In this document: positions 12,683 through 25,000 of the stretch, in pieces
Layout of the letters: the number at the start of each line of letters is the position of its first letter
Position numbering within the stretch: the first letter of the stretch is position 1
Source: Phoronis australis
Lineage: Eukaryota; Animalia; Phoronida
Assembly: GCA_002633005.1 (NCBI GenBank)
Contig: NMRA01000765.1
Location: forward strand, 34,925-98,924
Reading direction: 5' to 3'
DNA length: 64,000 nucleotides
Translations under genes and position numbers: made by a program
The notes under the pieces: model-generated
The model's input: only the letters and a program-made list of their open reading frames with translations
Told to the model about the DNA's origin: nothing
Database searches by the model: none

Positions 12683-13520
12683 CAAAGTTATGGCACTAAA
12701 GTGACACAGGCCCCCCGCATGCTTCTTCGATACAATTTGTCATTTTCCATATGGCATTATAATGTACAATAGTTAAGCTTGAGAATCACTTTTGCCATCG
12801 AATCGCACCTTTGTCTTTTCTAACAAAATTTTAAGGAACTGGAACTGTTTTTCAATAAACTAAAACCATACGCCGGGCGTATATATTTCAGAAGATTTAA
12901 AACTTCTTTCCTCCGCAGACCATTCACCACTAACCTCATTACACGCCGTAGATTCAAACGATCAATCAGCAAATTTTAAAATATTTCTGACTAAAGTTTT
13001 AAAACTTGGACGAAACTAGTTTCCAGGCAACACAATTTTTAACCAGTCATATCACTCTTACCTTGAAAGACAGAATGACTGAACAGCTTTCACTGCACTA
13101 CAACTCAGAGTGAAGTTTGGCCTAGTCACTAAAGTGGAATGTTGCACGCTATTGTCAAATGCGAGCGCTATGAAATTTTTGTAATACATAAGCTCTGTTT
13201 AATATAAACAGAGATCATGTACCAGGCGAGTGTCATGGTAAATAATCAGCGAGTGGCAAAGCGAACTGTTTCTTAGAGCAAAGTGTGCAATACAGTGAAC
13301 AAGAGATGCGATGGAAAGGATTGCCAAGATATCAGTGACTATTCACATAGCCTCGGAGTTTTACGAGATAGCCTAAACATTTCAATTTATTCCAAAATAT
13401 GATTCACCAGCGAAATTTGATGCAGAAGCTGATTTAACTGTATGTACATGATAACCTTACGCCGAAACGGACAAACTTTGTATCAAATGGGCATCAGGGC
13501 CCTGGGCTGCATAAAACAAT

Positions 13521-13770
13521 AACAAGAGCAACGCGGAGCGTTGAAATGCGCCCACAATTGCACCGCATACGGTATCCTTCTAGGGTTGTTTATTGGTACC
13601 ATAAAGTGGCCAGTAGAGGGCATACTTTGCAAAATGGAAAGGCATGGTCATTGTCTCCTCAATAGGCTAGGGGCAAAATGTGAGTAATCTTCATAATACA
13701 AGCACATCCTATACACCAGTTGCTTAAAGCACCACAGAAACATAGAATTAAAAACAAATTTACCAACATA
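13521..13770 (+). mobile_element. HINE-like element 5' end, truncated at the assembly gap
   Basis: Nearly identical to 4642-4907; absent from the paralogous site at 16900; ends at N 13771. Confidence 0.8.
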
Positions 13771-15824
13771 NCAGTGGCATGCTTCACTACAGCAGTGCTA
13801 TCACTGAAGAGGCCACCCTCATTTTAAATATCACAATCATAAATAAAAACTACAACATAACACTATTTGATCGCGATGGACCGACCCGAGTGGCCTCACC
13901 CGGCACTACGGTCTGTCAAAATTGCCCAGCAAACCGCAAGCTTTTGACATGTGAGTCACGCCCGCACACATCAGCCAATGGCATTAAGATAAAAATAGTC
14001 TAACAACACAAGACATTCGTTTTCACTTTGTAGCTCTTTTGAGAGATTTTAATAAATAACACACCTGAGACCTCCATAAAATCTGATGACACATGACTGG
14101 TCATGTATATTGACGAAGTTTACGCAGAGATCGCTAAGTTCAACCGATTTAATTTAATAACTATTACAGTACTACGCTTGTAAAGCGGTTCCCTTTGTTC
14201 CTAAAATTTTCTGTTAAAAATACAGGTTACAGTCAGTGATAATTTTCAACTAAATATACACAAACTTTCACCTATGAAGTGCATAAGCTTGAGTTGAATT
14301 TTCGCGAAAATATCAAATTGCATGAACATGACTGTGTGAATCTACAGCAATCTATTTCATGCAATACCACGCAGCTGAGAGATCTGTTTATGAGCTGGAC
14401 AACGTGGCTGCAGACTTATTAATAATATTAGAGTAAATTAAGATGCTTTGGAGTTTCAAAATTAGAACGATGAAAGTGGGTAATTTGATTGCATGTGTAA
14501 AAAATATAACAAAATTACTGTTATATTTTTTTAGTAATAATTAAATTTGCATCAGCCAGTAGCCCTCTAAGTTATGTCTCTAGTTCTTAAAACGACTAAT
14601 TTATTTTAAATGGTTTGCATGGGTCGCTGGCATTTGATGATTGCCACCTTTTTAAGAGACACATCTTACGTGATTTGTCTCCAATTAAATGGCTTTCGCT
14701 CTGAACGCACTCTCCATGGTCATGCATTCTTTCGTTGTTGAAGCATCCCAACTTTGGCTACCAAAATCAGTTTTTCACAACAAAATATTTTTATTTTGAA
14801 GAGTTTGCAATTCAAAGCTCCACGCTAATTCACCAAAAGTAGTTCCACTAACAGTCCAAACATTATGTTTATTGCCCATACAGCACCAGTGAGTAATAGT
14901 CCTATTCAAATCTGTGGTTTTTGAGATATCTAGTAGACACAGACAAAATGATGACAACATGCAACCACAAACACACGCATGCATGCACACGTGTGTGGGT
15001 GCATAAAAATGTAAAAACACAATGAGTATTCTGCATGCAGGACAGTCTAATGGTGACTTACGACTGGTCATTAGTTTGATGCCTACTAGTCTCCATTAAG
15101 ATATTTGTCAAAATAATGATATCTAAGCCAAACAGGCCCCTTTGGTACATCAAGCTTAAAAACATATATATGTTCCAAGATGGTATATACCATGTCGTCA
15201 AGGCAATGCGACACGTGATAAGGTAATGTCATTGTTGCGATCCAATAACAGTATACACTATACAACTATTCTGGAAGAATAAAACAATCCCACTGTTTAA
15301 GCTGTCATGTTGAATTATTCACTGATTTGAGTTGAGGAATAAAAACACTTAGCACACTAGTCTAATACTGGATTGCTATCAAATAGACAGGCAAGTCAAA
15401 TCGCAGGCAATACATTCACACGTCATTTTCAAATTAACACTTATAGGGTAGGCCAAATTTAGTAAATTCACAACGATTTTTCTTGAATGGCCTTGAGGTT
15501 CTTGTTGGTAACAAAAATAGAACCCTATCAAGGCAAGGAAAATTAGGAGACCGATCTTGTAAGAGCAAAAAGCTTATTTTAAAAGTAGATTTTAATTCCA
15601 TTTTACCCAACTAAACAGGAGGAGATGCAGCCGTAAACATCGAAAAAATGAATTAAAATTCAGAATTTCTATGTTTCTGTTGTCAAAGAAAACCTTAATT
15701 TTTGCAATATTTAAGAATCCCTTGTTACAGTTTTTGTGGGTTGAGATTTCCCAGTTCAGTGACAGATTTATCTGTTATTAACTTTTGTACGCAGTATGAA
15801 TGGACGAAGTATAATCATACTTAC

Positions 15825-15860
15825 ATCTGGTGTTGTTGACGGTACTGTTTGTAGCTGTGC
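15825..15860 (-). CDS. PKHD1L1: PKHD1L1-like gene, stalk micro-exon (AQLQTVPSTTPD), 36 nt
   Basis: Paralog of 12359-12400 with an in-frame 6-nt indel; AG and gtaagt intact. Confidence 0.75.
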
Positions 15861-16894
15861 CTGATTAAATGAAATCTAATTAACGGCCTGAAGACATAAA
15901 ATGCGAGACCAAATACACTGCACTAGGAAGTCAAAAGGGTGGGGTATGTTTCACAAAAATGTCAAACTGAAATTTTTACATAGCCCAGTTTAAATAGTGA
16001 CTTACAACTGGTCATTAAGTTTCAGATTTTATATATCTCTTTAGATTTTGTGAAAAAACAGGGCAAAGTTATGGCACTAAAGTGACACAGGCCCCCCGCA
16101 TGCTCCTTCGATACAATTTGTCATTTTCCATATGGCATTATAATGTAAAATAGTTAAGCTTGAGAATCACTTTTGCCACCGAATCGGACCTTTGTCTTTT
16201 CTAACAAAATTTTAAGGAACTGTTTTTCAATAAACTAAAACCATACGCCGGGCGTATATATTTCAGAAGATTTAAAACTTCTTTCCTCCGCAGACCATTC
16301 ACCACTAACCTCATTACACGCCGTAGATTCAAACGATCAATCAGCAAATTTTAAAAAATTTCTGACTAAAGTTTTAAAACTTGGAGGAAACTAGTTTCCA
16401 GGCAACACAATTTTTAACCAGTCATATCATTCTTCCCTTGAAAGACAGAATGACTTTACAGCTTTCACTGCACTACAACTCAGAGTGAAGTTTGGCCTAG
16501 TCACTAAAGTGAAATGTTGCACGCTATTGTCAAATGCGAGCGCTATGAAATTTTTGTGATACATAAGCTCTGTTTAATATAAACAGAGATCATGTACCAG
16601 GCGAGTGTCACGGTAAATAATCAGCAAGTGGCAAAGCGAACTGTTTCTTAGAGCAAAGTGTGCAATACAGTGAACGAGAGATGCGATGGAAAGGATTGCC
16701 AAGATATCAGTCACTATTCACATAGCCTCGCAGTTTTACGAGATAGCCTAAACATTTCAATTTATTCCAAAATATGATTCACCAGCGAAATTTCAGTGAT
16801 GCAGAAGCTGATTTAACTGTACGTACATGATAACCTTACGCCGAAACGGACAAACTTTGTATCAAATGGGCATCAGGGCCCTGGGCTGCATAAA

Positions 16895-17186
16895 ACAATA
16901 AAAATACATTGCACAATGCCACACTAGTTATGAACTAGGCAGTGTCAGACACAATAAAAATACATTGCACAATGCCACACTAGTTATGAACTAGACAGTG
17001 TCAGACACAATAAAAATACATTGCACAATGCCACACTAGTTATGAACTAGGCAGTGTCAAACACAATAAAAATACATTGCACAATGCCACACTAGTTATG
17101 AACTAGGCAGTGTCAAACACAATAAAAATACATTGCACAATGCCACACACATAAGTTATGAACTAGGCAGTGTCAAACAGAATAAA
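16895..17186. repeat. Minisatellite, 56-bp unit, about 5 copies
   Basis: acaataaaaatacattgcacaatgccacactagttatgaactaggcagtgtca(g/a)ac at 16895, 16951, 17007 and onward. Confidence 0.95.
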
Positions 17187-17356
17187 GCAATGTCACTGAT
17201 GTTATCAGTGCAACATGTAAAACTTTGAAGCAATTCATTTTTCTAAACATTAATTTACCGGCAATAATATCCAACTGGAAATTGAGATTTCCTCATTCAG
17301 TTACAGGTTTATCTTTTATATGTTGCATGATATGGATGAATTATAATCATACTTAC

Positions 17357-17398
17357 CACTGTTGTTGTTGTTGATGAGGGTGAAGTTCGTTGCTCTGC
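17357..17398 (-). CDS. PKHD1L1: PKHD1L1-like gene, stalk micro-exon (AEQRTSPSSTTTTV), 42 nt
   Basis: ttttattaatag acceptor, gtaagt donor, phase 0-0. Confidence 0.75.
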
Positions 17399-17734
17399 CT
17401 ATTAATAAAACAAAGTTCAATAAACAGCTTGAAGACACAAAATATGAGATCCAAAAAAACTGCAATTGAAAGGAAACACAATGGGGATCTGTTTCCCTAA
17501 AATGTCAAAGCTTCATAAATCTTTTTGCACAGCCTTAAGTCTATGACTGGTCATAGTTTTGGCATTTATGTATGTTTAGAGAACAAGCACTGTAAAGCTA
17601 TGACATTTAAATGAAACAGCTCCGGTGCCCAGTTGCATAAAGCAGTCCCAAATAGTGACTCAACAAAGCTGTCTAAATCAATTGCGTATTTGTATCTTTT
17701 TTACTCAAAGTTGACATTTTCTAATAATATATTT

Positions 17735-19022
17735 AACAAGAGCAACACGGAGCATTGAAATGCGCACACGAATGCATTGCAAATGGTGTGCTTTTAGGGT
17801 GTTTTATTTGTATTATAAAAATGGCCACTATATGGCGCAAAAACGTACAATCCATCCAAAAACAGGAACGTGCCATATTTCTTAAAAATCTGTCAAGGAA
17901 CTTCAGAGAAAAGAAGGAAAACAAAATAAAATGAAATTGCCACTAGTGGGCACAGTGTCCCTTGGATCCGCCTGAAAGTCGTTGTCGTCTGTTGCTATCT
18001 TTATATAAATACACTAAATTTAGTAAAGATCCTGTGGTAGGTTTAGGAGATACAACTAAGGGTGCAAAACAAAACTACCACTAGGAGGCGCCACAGTAGT
18101 AAGTCACCATCATCAAAGGTCGTTTTTACACTGAGAACATATATGCCAATTTTCAAATGATTTGGTTGATAGAGGGGTGGACACCAAAAACAAGACTTGA
18201 AAACAGCGAAAATGACCACTAGGTGGTGCAACTTGAAATAACTCGATTCCATCCAAAAACAGGAAGATAGCGTCACCACACGAATAGATGACTATATTTA
18301 AAATTTTATGAAAATCTGTAGAGGACCATTGAAGATACTGAGTTAAACATAAAAAAACTAAAATTTCCACAAGGGAGGACACTGGCAGTCGGATCTGTCC
18401 AAAAGTCGTAGACATCCATTGTTAACATCATATATACTTACTAAATTTCGTAAAGATCCTGCGAACGGTTTAGGAGATACAGCCATAGGCACAAAAAACA
18501 AAACTGCCACTAGGAGGTGCCACAGTAGTCGAAATCGTCGGAAAATCATCGTCAACTGTCCTTTTCATAGTAAGCACATCCATATTAATTTTCAAAATCA
18601 TCCTTTGAGTGGTTTGATTGATAGAGGGTAGACGCAAAAAACCAGACTCGAAAACAGTAAAAATGGCCATTAGGTGGCACAAACTAAGTCGAATCCATCT
18701 GAAAACTGGAGGATAGCGTCATCTCACTAATAGGTGCCTACATACTAAATTTCATAAAAATCTGTTCAGGACTTTTGAACATACAAAAGTAAGCGTAAAA
18801 AACTAAAATTGCCACTAGGGAAAACACCGGTAGTCAGATCCGTCCGAAAGTTCGCTCATGCCGTCCCACGCATGAACGGAACATATGTGCCAAATTTCAT
18901 GAACGTATGTCAAAAGCTTTTGGAGATACAGCAGCGAATGCCGGACGGACGCCGTCCGGACGGACAGACGGAGATGATGGCATAATGCGTCCACATAATA
19001 TATAAATATGTGGGCACATCAA
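17735..19022 (+). mobile_element. HINE-like element, apparently complete copy
   Basis: Same 5' aacaagagcaac..tgcgc, tandem core, ggacgg microsatellite and 3' hairpin as the 4-6.5 kb copies. Confidence 0.75.
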
Positions 19023-19857
19023 AACTAATCCCTGAATTTAGTGAAAATATGAATAGGGACTTGAATTAGAGGAGTTGCATGAAAAGATCCCATTTATTTT
19101 CAAAAAAAAAATTGAGAATTCAACAATGAGTTTACTCTTGATTTGCATCAAAGTCAAAAACTGACTAAGTAACGAAACTAAAAACAGTATATGAGAAAAA
19201 ACAGTCGATGTTTTCATAAGTCCATAAATATGTACTAGATTTAGGGAATATAATTGAATGTATAATGAGCACCCATTTGGGATTGTTTCATGCAACCAGG
19301 CAATGGGCTACATAAAATATTTAGAACCATAAAAACATATTCTATAACACGCATTATTTTTAAAGGCAACGTGGCAAGTGAAAAAACAATGTCCTTTAAA
19401 AACACAACCAAACTCGTCAATGCTAGAATTACTGCTGTTTGAACGTGCATCACGGGCAATGTGAAGACAATGTCCTTTTCAAATTGATACTTTTAGGGCA
19501 AACCTAATAGACTCAGAAATGTTTTATTGAATAGTTTTAAAGCTGTTTTGGTAACAGAAACTGCATGATATGGAATATTACGAGTCCAGTTATATGGGAG
19601 TAAAAAGCACAATTTGATTTCTAATTTGTTATTAGCCAGCTAAACAATGTGCAATGCAGCTGTATATATGGCAATAATGAATTCACCAGTTCCATGCTTC
19701 TGTTGACAAGGAAATTTAATACAATACCTTGCTGCTCCTTGTTTTGTAAAGTCCTCATTTATTGGCAATAGAACCCAAGTGTGGATCAAAACTTCATTCA
19801 ATTACAGATTTATTTCTTCTATGCTGTGCGGTATTTATGAATTTTAATCTTAATTAC

Positions 19858-19887
19858 ATGCAGTGTTGTTGAAGTTGTGGCATGCTG
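19858..19887 (-). CDS. PKHD1L1: PKHD1L1-like gene, stalk micro-exon (QHATTSTTLH), 30 nt (27 nt with the alternative NAGNAG acceptor)
   Basis: ttttgcccag acceptor, gtaatt donor, phase 0-0, flanks homologous to the other micro-exons. Confidence 0.6.
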
Positions 19888-20815
19888 CTGGGCAAAATTT
19901 AATTGAAACAGCCCAAAAAGACAAATTCTAACAACAAATACAAAGCAAATTACAACTTGGAAGGTAAAAGGGAAAGGCCGTGTTTCACAAATTGAAATTT
20001 CAAAACTTTATGACTTTTAATACAGGCAAGTTTAAACAGACTTATAATAGGTCACACTTTTGGCATTTACTAGACAATGTCAATGATATTGTAAAGTTAT
20101 GTCATTTAAGTGTAATAGGCCCCCATTAGCTGTATAAAACTGTAAAACATAATATTATGCAAGGTGCCATTGTAAAGGCAAAGTGACATGTGCTAATGCA
20201 ATGTCATTGTTAGTATTCAACATTGGATAAAAGTTTTATACAGCCAGACCAAGAGGTACCAAACAATTTGCCCTAAATTAAAGGAACACTTTCCCCGCTG
20301 CTTTAAGCTTTTAATGTAATCGAAGTGGTTTTTTGGATAATTCTTAAATTGTAGTATTTCTTTGACTAAAATGGCTCTAACTTATCTTTTTTTGTGAGGA
20401 ATTGAAATTTCAGAAGCCAAATAGTTTGAGACATCACCAGTTTAATTCCTCAACATATCAATTATTATTAGCCAGATCGAGTTTTATTGACATGAATTAG
20501 CCATTGCTGTTACAGTAATTACTCTACTCCATACAATGTGACCTTAGATCAGATTTCCTATTCATCTTCTTAAAGACTGATAAAGTACAATGTGTCCCAG
20601 TCTTAGGTGGTTGCCAACACACTGAGGTATCAATAGGACACACTGTCTACGTCTCTGATGGTCACTGTAGTTAGACTGTCCAGTCTCTATATATAGTCAC
20701 TTAAACATCAAGATATCAGAAGGAATAGCATAAGGCTTCTAACCCATTGTTTATACCTAAGATTAGAATTAATAAGCATCAATTCAAATTCAACATAACT
20801 GGTAATTATACATAC

Positions 20816-21024
20816 CAGTCCAGCCTGTGTGGTCAAACCACTAGAGGTGACCCCTGTGAGTCCAGAACGGAAGCTTCCATTGACCTTCAAGTATTGCTGG
20901 GTGTCAAGGGTCATGGGGCCGTAGTTGAGCTTCAGCCCTGCCCTGATGTCATTTTCCAGGTTAGTTATGGCAGAGCTCACGGAGACAGAGCTGCCGGACA
21001 TCACAAACGTGAAAACAACACCTC
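20816..21024 (-). CDS. PKHD1L1: PKHD1L1-like gene, duplicated SEA-like C-half exon, copy B (GGVVFTFVMSG...SSGLTTQAGL)
   Basis: 209 nt, cttgcag acceptor, gtatgt donor, phase 1 to 0, open frame, paralog of 24503-24711. Confidence 0.8.
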
Positions 21025-21769
21025 CTGCAAGAGCAGGGAGAGACAGGTGAACAGACAGACAACTGACCTGCGAACCAATCAAGAGACAACGTCTTGTCAG
21101 AAGTTATTGAACCGGAGTGAATTTATTTCTTATGTTAATTCTTAATCTAATTAGCATATATATAGAACAGCATGGCCTGTACTTTTCAGTTGTCACATCC
21201 GCATCTGGTAAAAATTTGAAAAAAGCAGCAATAAAGTAAAAATATTGAAAAATAAGTAAAATGTCAAATTTGGCAATCTTACGTTTTTGTGCAAAGTAAC
21301 GGTCTGAAGAATGACTTTACTCTTACATGGCTTCAAGGCTTGGGAACAACTGGCAATATGGTAGTCCTTCAGCAAACGCATGGTAAGTTTGCATCACGTT
21401 GCAGGCTATTTTCTGCACTGATGGCACCAGGAAAAATAAACTAGGAAGACATACAGCAAAAACTTGCTCGCTTTCAAAATGGAGAGGCACACAATACCCA
21501 AAAAAGGAAACCACTGTAAAGCAGTCATAACTGCTACAGATAAAGCTGATATTTTGCAAAGGGTGTGGTTCACACACCAAAGGCCTTTGAAATTGACATA
21601 TGATGTCAAGGAAAGTATTGATCTTTATGAGCCTTGCTCTTAGTCATACAACTGTAACAATTAGCCTATATAAGTAAACATAGCTCAACAAAGGAGAATC
21701 ACAAATGAAGAGATTTGGTGAAAAACTGGGCATGAGAAGGTAGAGACTCAGATAAAGCGGTGAAAATGC

Positions 21770-22302
21770 ATTACGGTGTTCTGTCATTTGGTAACGTTTC
21801 CAGACGTTAGGGGTGCTGAACGTGCGATAACATCTGGCTTTTTTGTTAACTGCCCAGATCAATCTTTTGTCCCGCACGATAACAAGCAGGCCAATTATCT
21901 CCCAGGCTTCAAAGGAAACGTAATTTGTGGTTGCACGCTACTACCGAAAGCGTATGAACACAGTCAAACCCAGTGCGTCCGTTTGGGCAGAATAGATTGT
22001 CTTAACTTCTGTTTTAGATGGGAGATTTTGGTGATTAACGGAACATGATCAGCATTTGACGTGGAATTCAGAAATGCTATTGGTTTAAGCTCAAATATGT
22101 TATAACTTAACTTTCATTTTTATCAGCCCAGCCCAGTCAGTCTAGATACGATCTGATCAGAGATTAGAGCAATTACCGAACAAAAGAGAGCAGGCCCTTC
22201 AACCATAAATGCCACAATGGAGTTAACCAGTCGTGTAAGATATTGGCTACAGGGGTAAACTTCCCAACTTGTTGTTGGGCTATAGAATCGAACAAGTTGG
22301 GA
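21770..22302 (+). repeat. Hairpin-ended dispersed repeat copy
   Basis: Matches the 30.9, 56.1 and 61.6 kb copies. Confidence 0.75.
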
Positions 22303-22317
22303 GCAACGAGATGTCAC

Positions 22318-22575
22318 CGCCATGGGAGATGGGTGGGACACACCCTCAGAAAAGCTGATGAAAGCATCACAAAACAGTGTCCTGGAACACACAGGGAAGT
22401 CGTCGACGAGGCAGACCAGTCCAAACGTGGAGGAGGACAATGGAAGCCGAACTACGTGAAACCGGATACAACATGCAGCAAATAAGACAGATGGTGAAAA
22501 ACAGGATTCGATGGCATTCGGTCACAGAGGCCCTATCCACCACGGGGTGGCAAGGGTTTTAAGTCAAGTAAGTCA
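22318..22575 (+). mobile_element. RTE-clade LINE 3' fragment
   Basis: RWVGHTLRK...W..QGSRRRGRP..TWRRTMEAEL...RW...EAL across one frameshift, followed by an aagtcaagtaagt tail. Confidence 0.85.
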
Positions 22576-23538
22576 GCTCAAAAAAGGGTTCATGGTTCTG
22601 GCTGAGTAGATAATTATTTTATTACCCCTATGGGGTTGAACAGCAAAACCCTGAATGCACTTTTGGTGACAACGCAGCTTGGGATTACGACATCACAGTT
22701 CAAATATTTTTTGTTCATGTTATTTTAGAACTTGGTTTTTGAGTGTCATTTCAACTTTGAGGAAATATAGAACATAGGGTGTTATGACCAAAAATGCTGT
22801 AAAGTGCTTATTTATCGGTGCCATGTTTTGAAGCTTTCAGGGTAGATGTGCATAGTTCATATTGTTTTATATTTTACAATTCCAATTATCATGTTGAGGT
22901 AGGTATTTTCCAGGTACAGCATTTCAAGTGAAAATAGTTTGAAATTTTTGTATTCGGCCACCTTCATCACGTCTGACTTTTAACTCGGATCCTGAATCAC
23001 AAACATTTTGTAGTCCAGTCAATTAAACACTGACATTGGACAGATTACAGGCCATTGCATCAATTGAATTTGACACAAAGCTATCAACACAAATTTACAA
23101 AAAAAAAACAAGAAATCAAACAATATACTTTTGTTTGGTATTTGGTGAAACTGAGCCGTACTGCTGTATGATAGTGTCATTAAAATGTGGTTCGTTATCT
23201 CCCATGAAATTGAGGACTAACTAGGTAAAGAACAGGTAGTACCCGACTTGCCAATCAGCGCATTTGTCAGGCATTAGTCATTGAAAGGCACTGCTGGCAG
23301 CGAACAATTCAACAAGTTTAAGTCAAACTACATAACTGTCAAGTTAGAAACTCGGTCAGTTCTAAATATCTGCATTTTGCTACACAATGTCAACGTATCT
23401 TATGTATTTGTTCCATTCAAAAGGCACAAGACCTATGAAGCATAGTCTAGCGTCTATGCATATGACAGTAATAATTGTAACTCAGTCAGCCAAACTAATT
23501 CCTTTAATTTTTAGGTCATTCATTTAACAGTCCCTCAC

Positions 23539-23608
23539 CTGTAGCTCCACCAAAGATTTCTTGCAGTCCTGGTGTTCTATCTCCACGGGGATATGGCTTA
23601 TTTGGTCT
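23539..23608 (-). CDS. PKHD1L1: PKHD1L1-like gene, linker exon (RPNKPYPRGDRTPGLQEIFGGAT), 70 nt
   Basis: tttctgttttgtag acceptor and CAG|gtgagg donor; phase 0 to 1 exactly bridges the two duplicated exons. Confidence 0.7.
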
Positions 23609-23873
23609 CTACAAAACAGAAATTTCAAGGCATAATGACTCGCCTTCATGAAATACTAATTTTAGATTATAAGGTACTAGTTTGGACTGATTACCCTCCT
23701 TGCATTGGACAATGTGTGTTTTTTTAAATCAATTACACTGTATTTCAATACCTCTGTTACTAAGGGTCTTGTTTTAATTGCATTTTAAGTACTAAATGCA
23801 AGAAAACAATATTTTTCAAATATTCTAAATCATGGAAACATATCGATGTGCATGAGTAAGTTTTTGCAGACAC

Positions 23874-24389
23874 CAGGGCTTGGAATGACCAATGACAAAA
23901 AACGCGGAAACTTTGAAACTTTTACGGCCCAAATCATGCCCGATAAACAGTCTTGAAATGGTCAATGTAAAACTTTCCCCGACAGAAATCGGGAGGACTA
24001 AAAAAAATTTTAAAAAAACGTTACCACCATCAGTAGCATGCGTCTGCGTCCTTTTAGCTCGCCCGTCCACTCCCAACCCACACATTTTTGGCTGAAGAGC
24101 AGTAGTATTTGCCGCTGCGCTTAACAATAACACGAGACGCCATTGAAAATCTCCCATTACGCTGTCCCAGATGCCCCGGCAATGTTGACAATTTACGTTC
24201 CTCCGAAACATAAAGAGCAACTTCCGCTTTTCGAGGTGAACGTCATCTGCAACGCCGCGGTAAGAAAGGAATTTGCCGCGGAAATTCATATCAAATCCGA
24301 TTTTTTTACGCGGAAATATTATAAAAAAAGCGGAAAGCACATTTGAAAAAAGCGGAAATCTGCATTTCCGCGGAAAATTCCAAGCCCTG
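23874..24389. mobile_element. MITE with CAGGGCTTGGAAT TIR and 6-bp TSD (agacac)
   Basis: 13-bp perfect TIR, TSD at 23868-73 and 24390-95, gcggaa subterminal repeats; second copy at 57094. Confidence 0.9.
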
Positions 24390-24502
24390 AGACACGCTGG
24401 AGTCTTTTCTAGATATTGTATTTTTTAGGGAGATCGTCATAACTTCCAGATGTGAAATTTTCACAGGAACTGGCAAATTCAATATAGCCGGTAATTACAT
24501 AC

Positions 24503-24711
24503 CAGTGTGGCATGTGTTGTCAAACCACTAGAGGTGACTCCTGTGAGTTCAGAATAGAAGCTTCTGTCGACTTTCAAGTATGGCTGGGCATCAAAGGTCA
24601 TGGAACCATAGCTGAGCTTCAGTCCTGCCTTGATGTCATTAGCCAGATTGGTGATGGCAGAGTTAACAGAAACTTTGCTGCCGGACATTGCAAAGGTGAC
24701 AACAACACTTC
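24503..24711 (-). CDS. PKHD1L1: PKHD1L1-like gene, SEA-like C-half exon, copy A (GSVVVTFAMSG...SSGLTTHATL)
   Basis: 209 nt, ttcctacag acceptor, gtatgt donor, phase 1 to 0. Confidence 0.85.
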
Positions 24712-25000
24712 CTGTAGGAACAAAAAGCGATGGGGTTGACAGGTGAACAAGTTCAAGTTAGACCACTTTCTAATAAACTAAGGTGAATTTATTCCTGATG
24801 ATAATTCCTCACCTACTTAGGACCAGCAGAATACGTACATAACCTGTATTTTACAGTCACTATGTAACAGCACCTGGCAAGAATTATATGCAGCAAGAAA
24901 GTAAGCATTGGAAAAAGGTAAATAACAATTTTGACAATCACTTTAGTGCAAAATAACAATCTGAAGAATGACCATGTCCTGAACACATCCACTACCACAA

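Larger units (their letters stand above)
11849..16900. repeat. Recent tandem segmental duplications in the micro-exon region (11849-12309 resembles 13772-14233; 12307-13520 resembles 15773-16900)
   Basis: Near-identical sequence by eye; assembly N at 13771. Confidence 0.9.

Noticed and set aside
16895-17186. Regular repeats with a palindrome resembling a CRISPR array (also 61102-61440)
   Set aside because: No unique spacers, units are head-to-tail, eukaryotic context, no cas genes
23825-24340. 171-aa ORF
   Set aside because: Lies within a non-coding MITE; the frame is not preserved in the second copy
20816-24711. Obligate mutual exclusivity of the duplicated exons
   Set aside because: The 23539-23608 exon restores the frame, so tandem inclusion is possible
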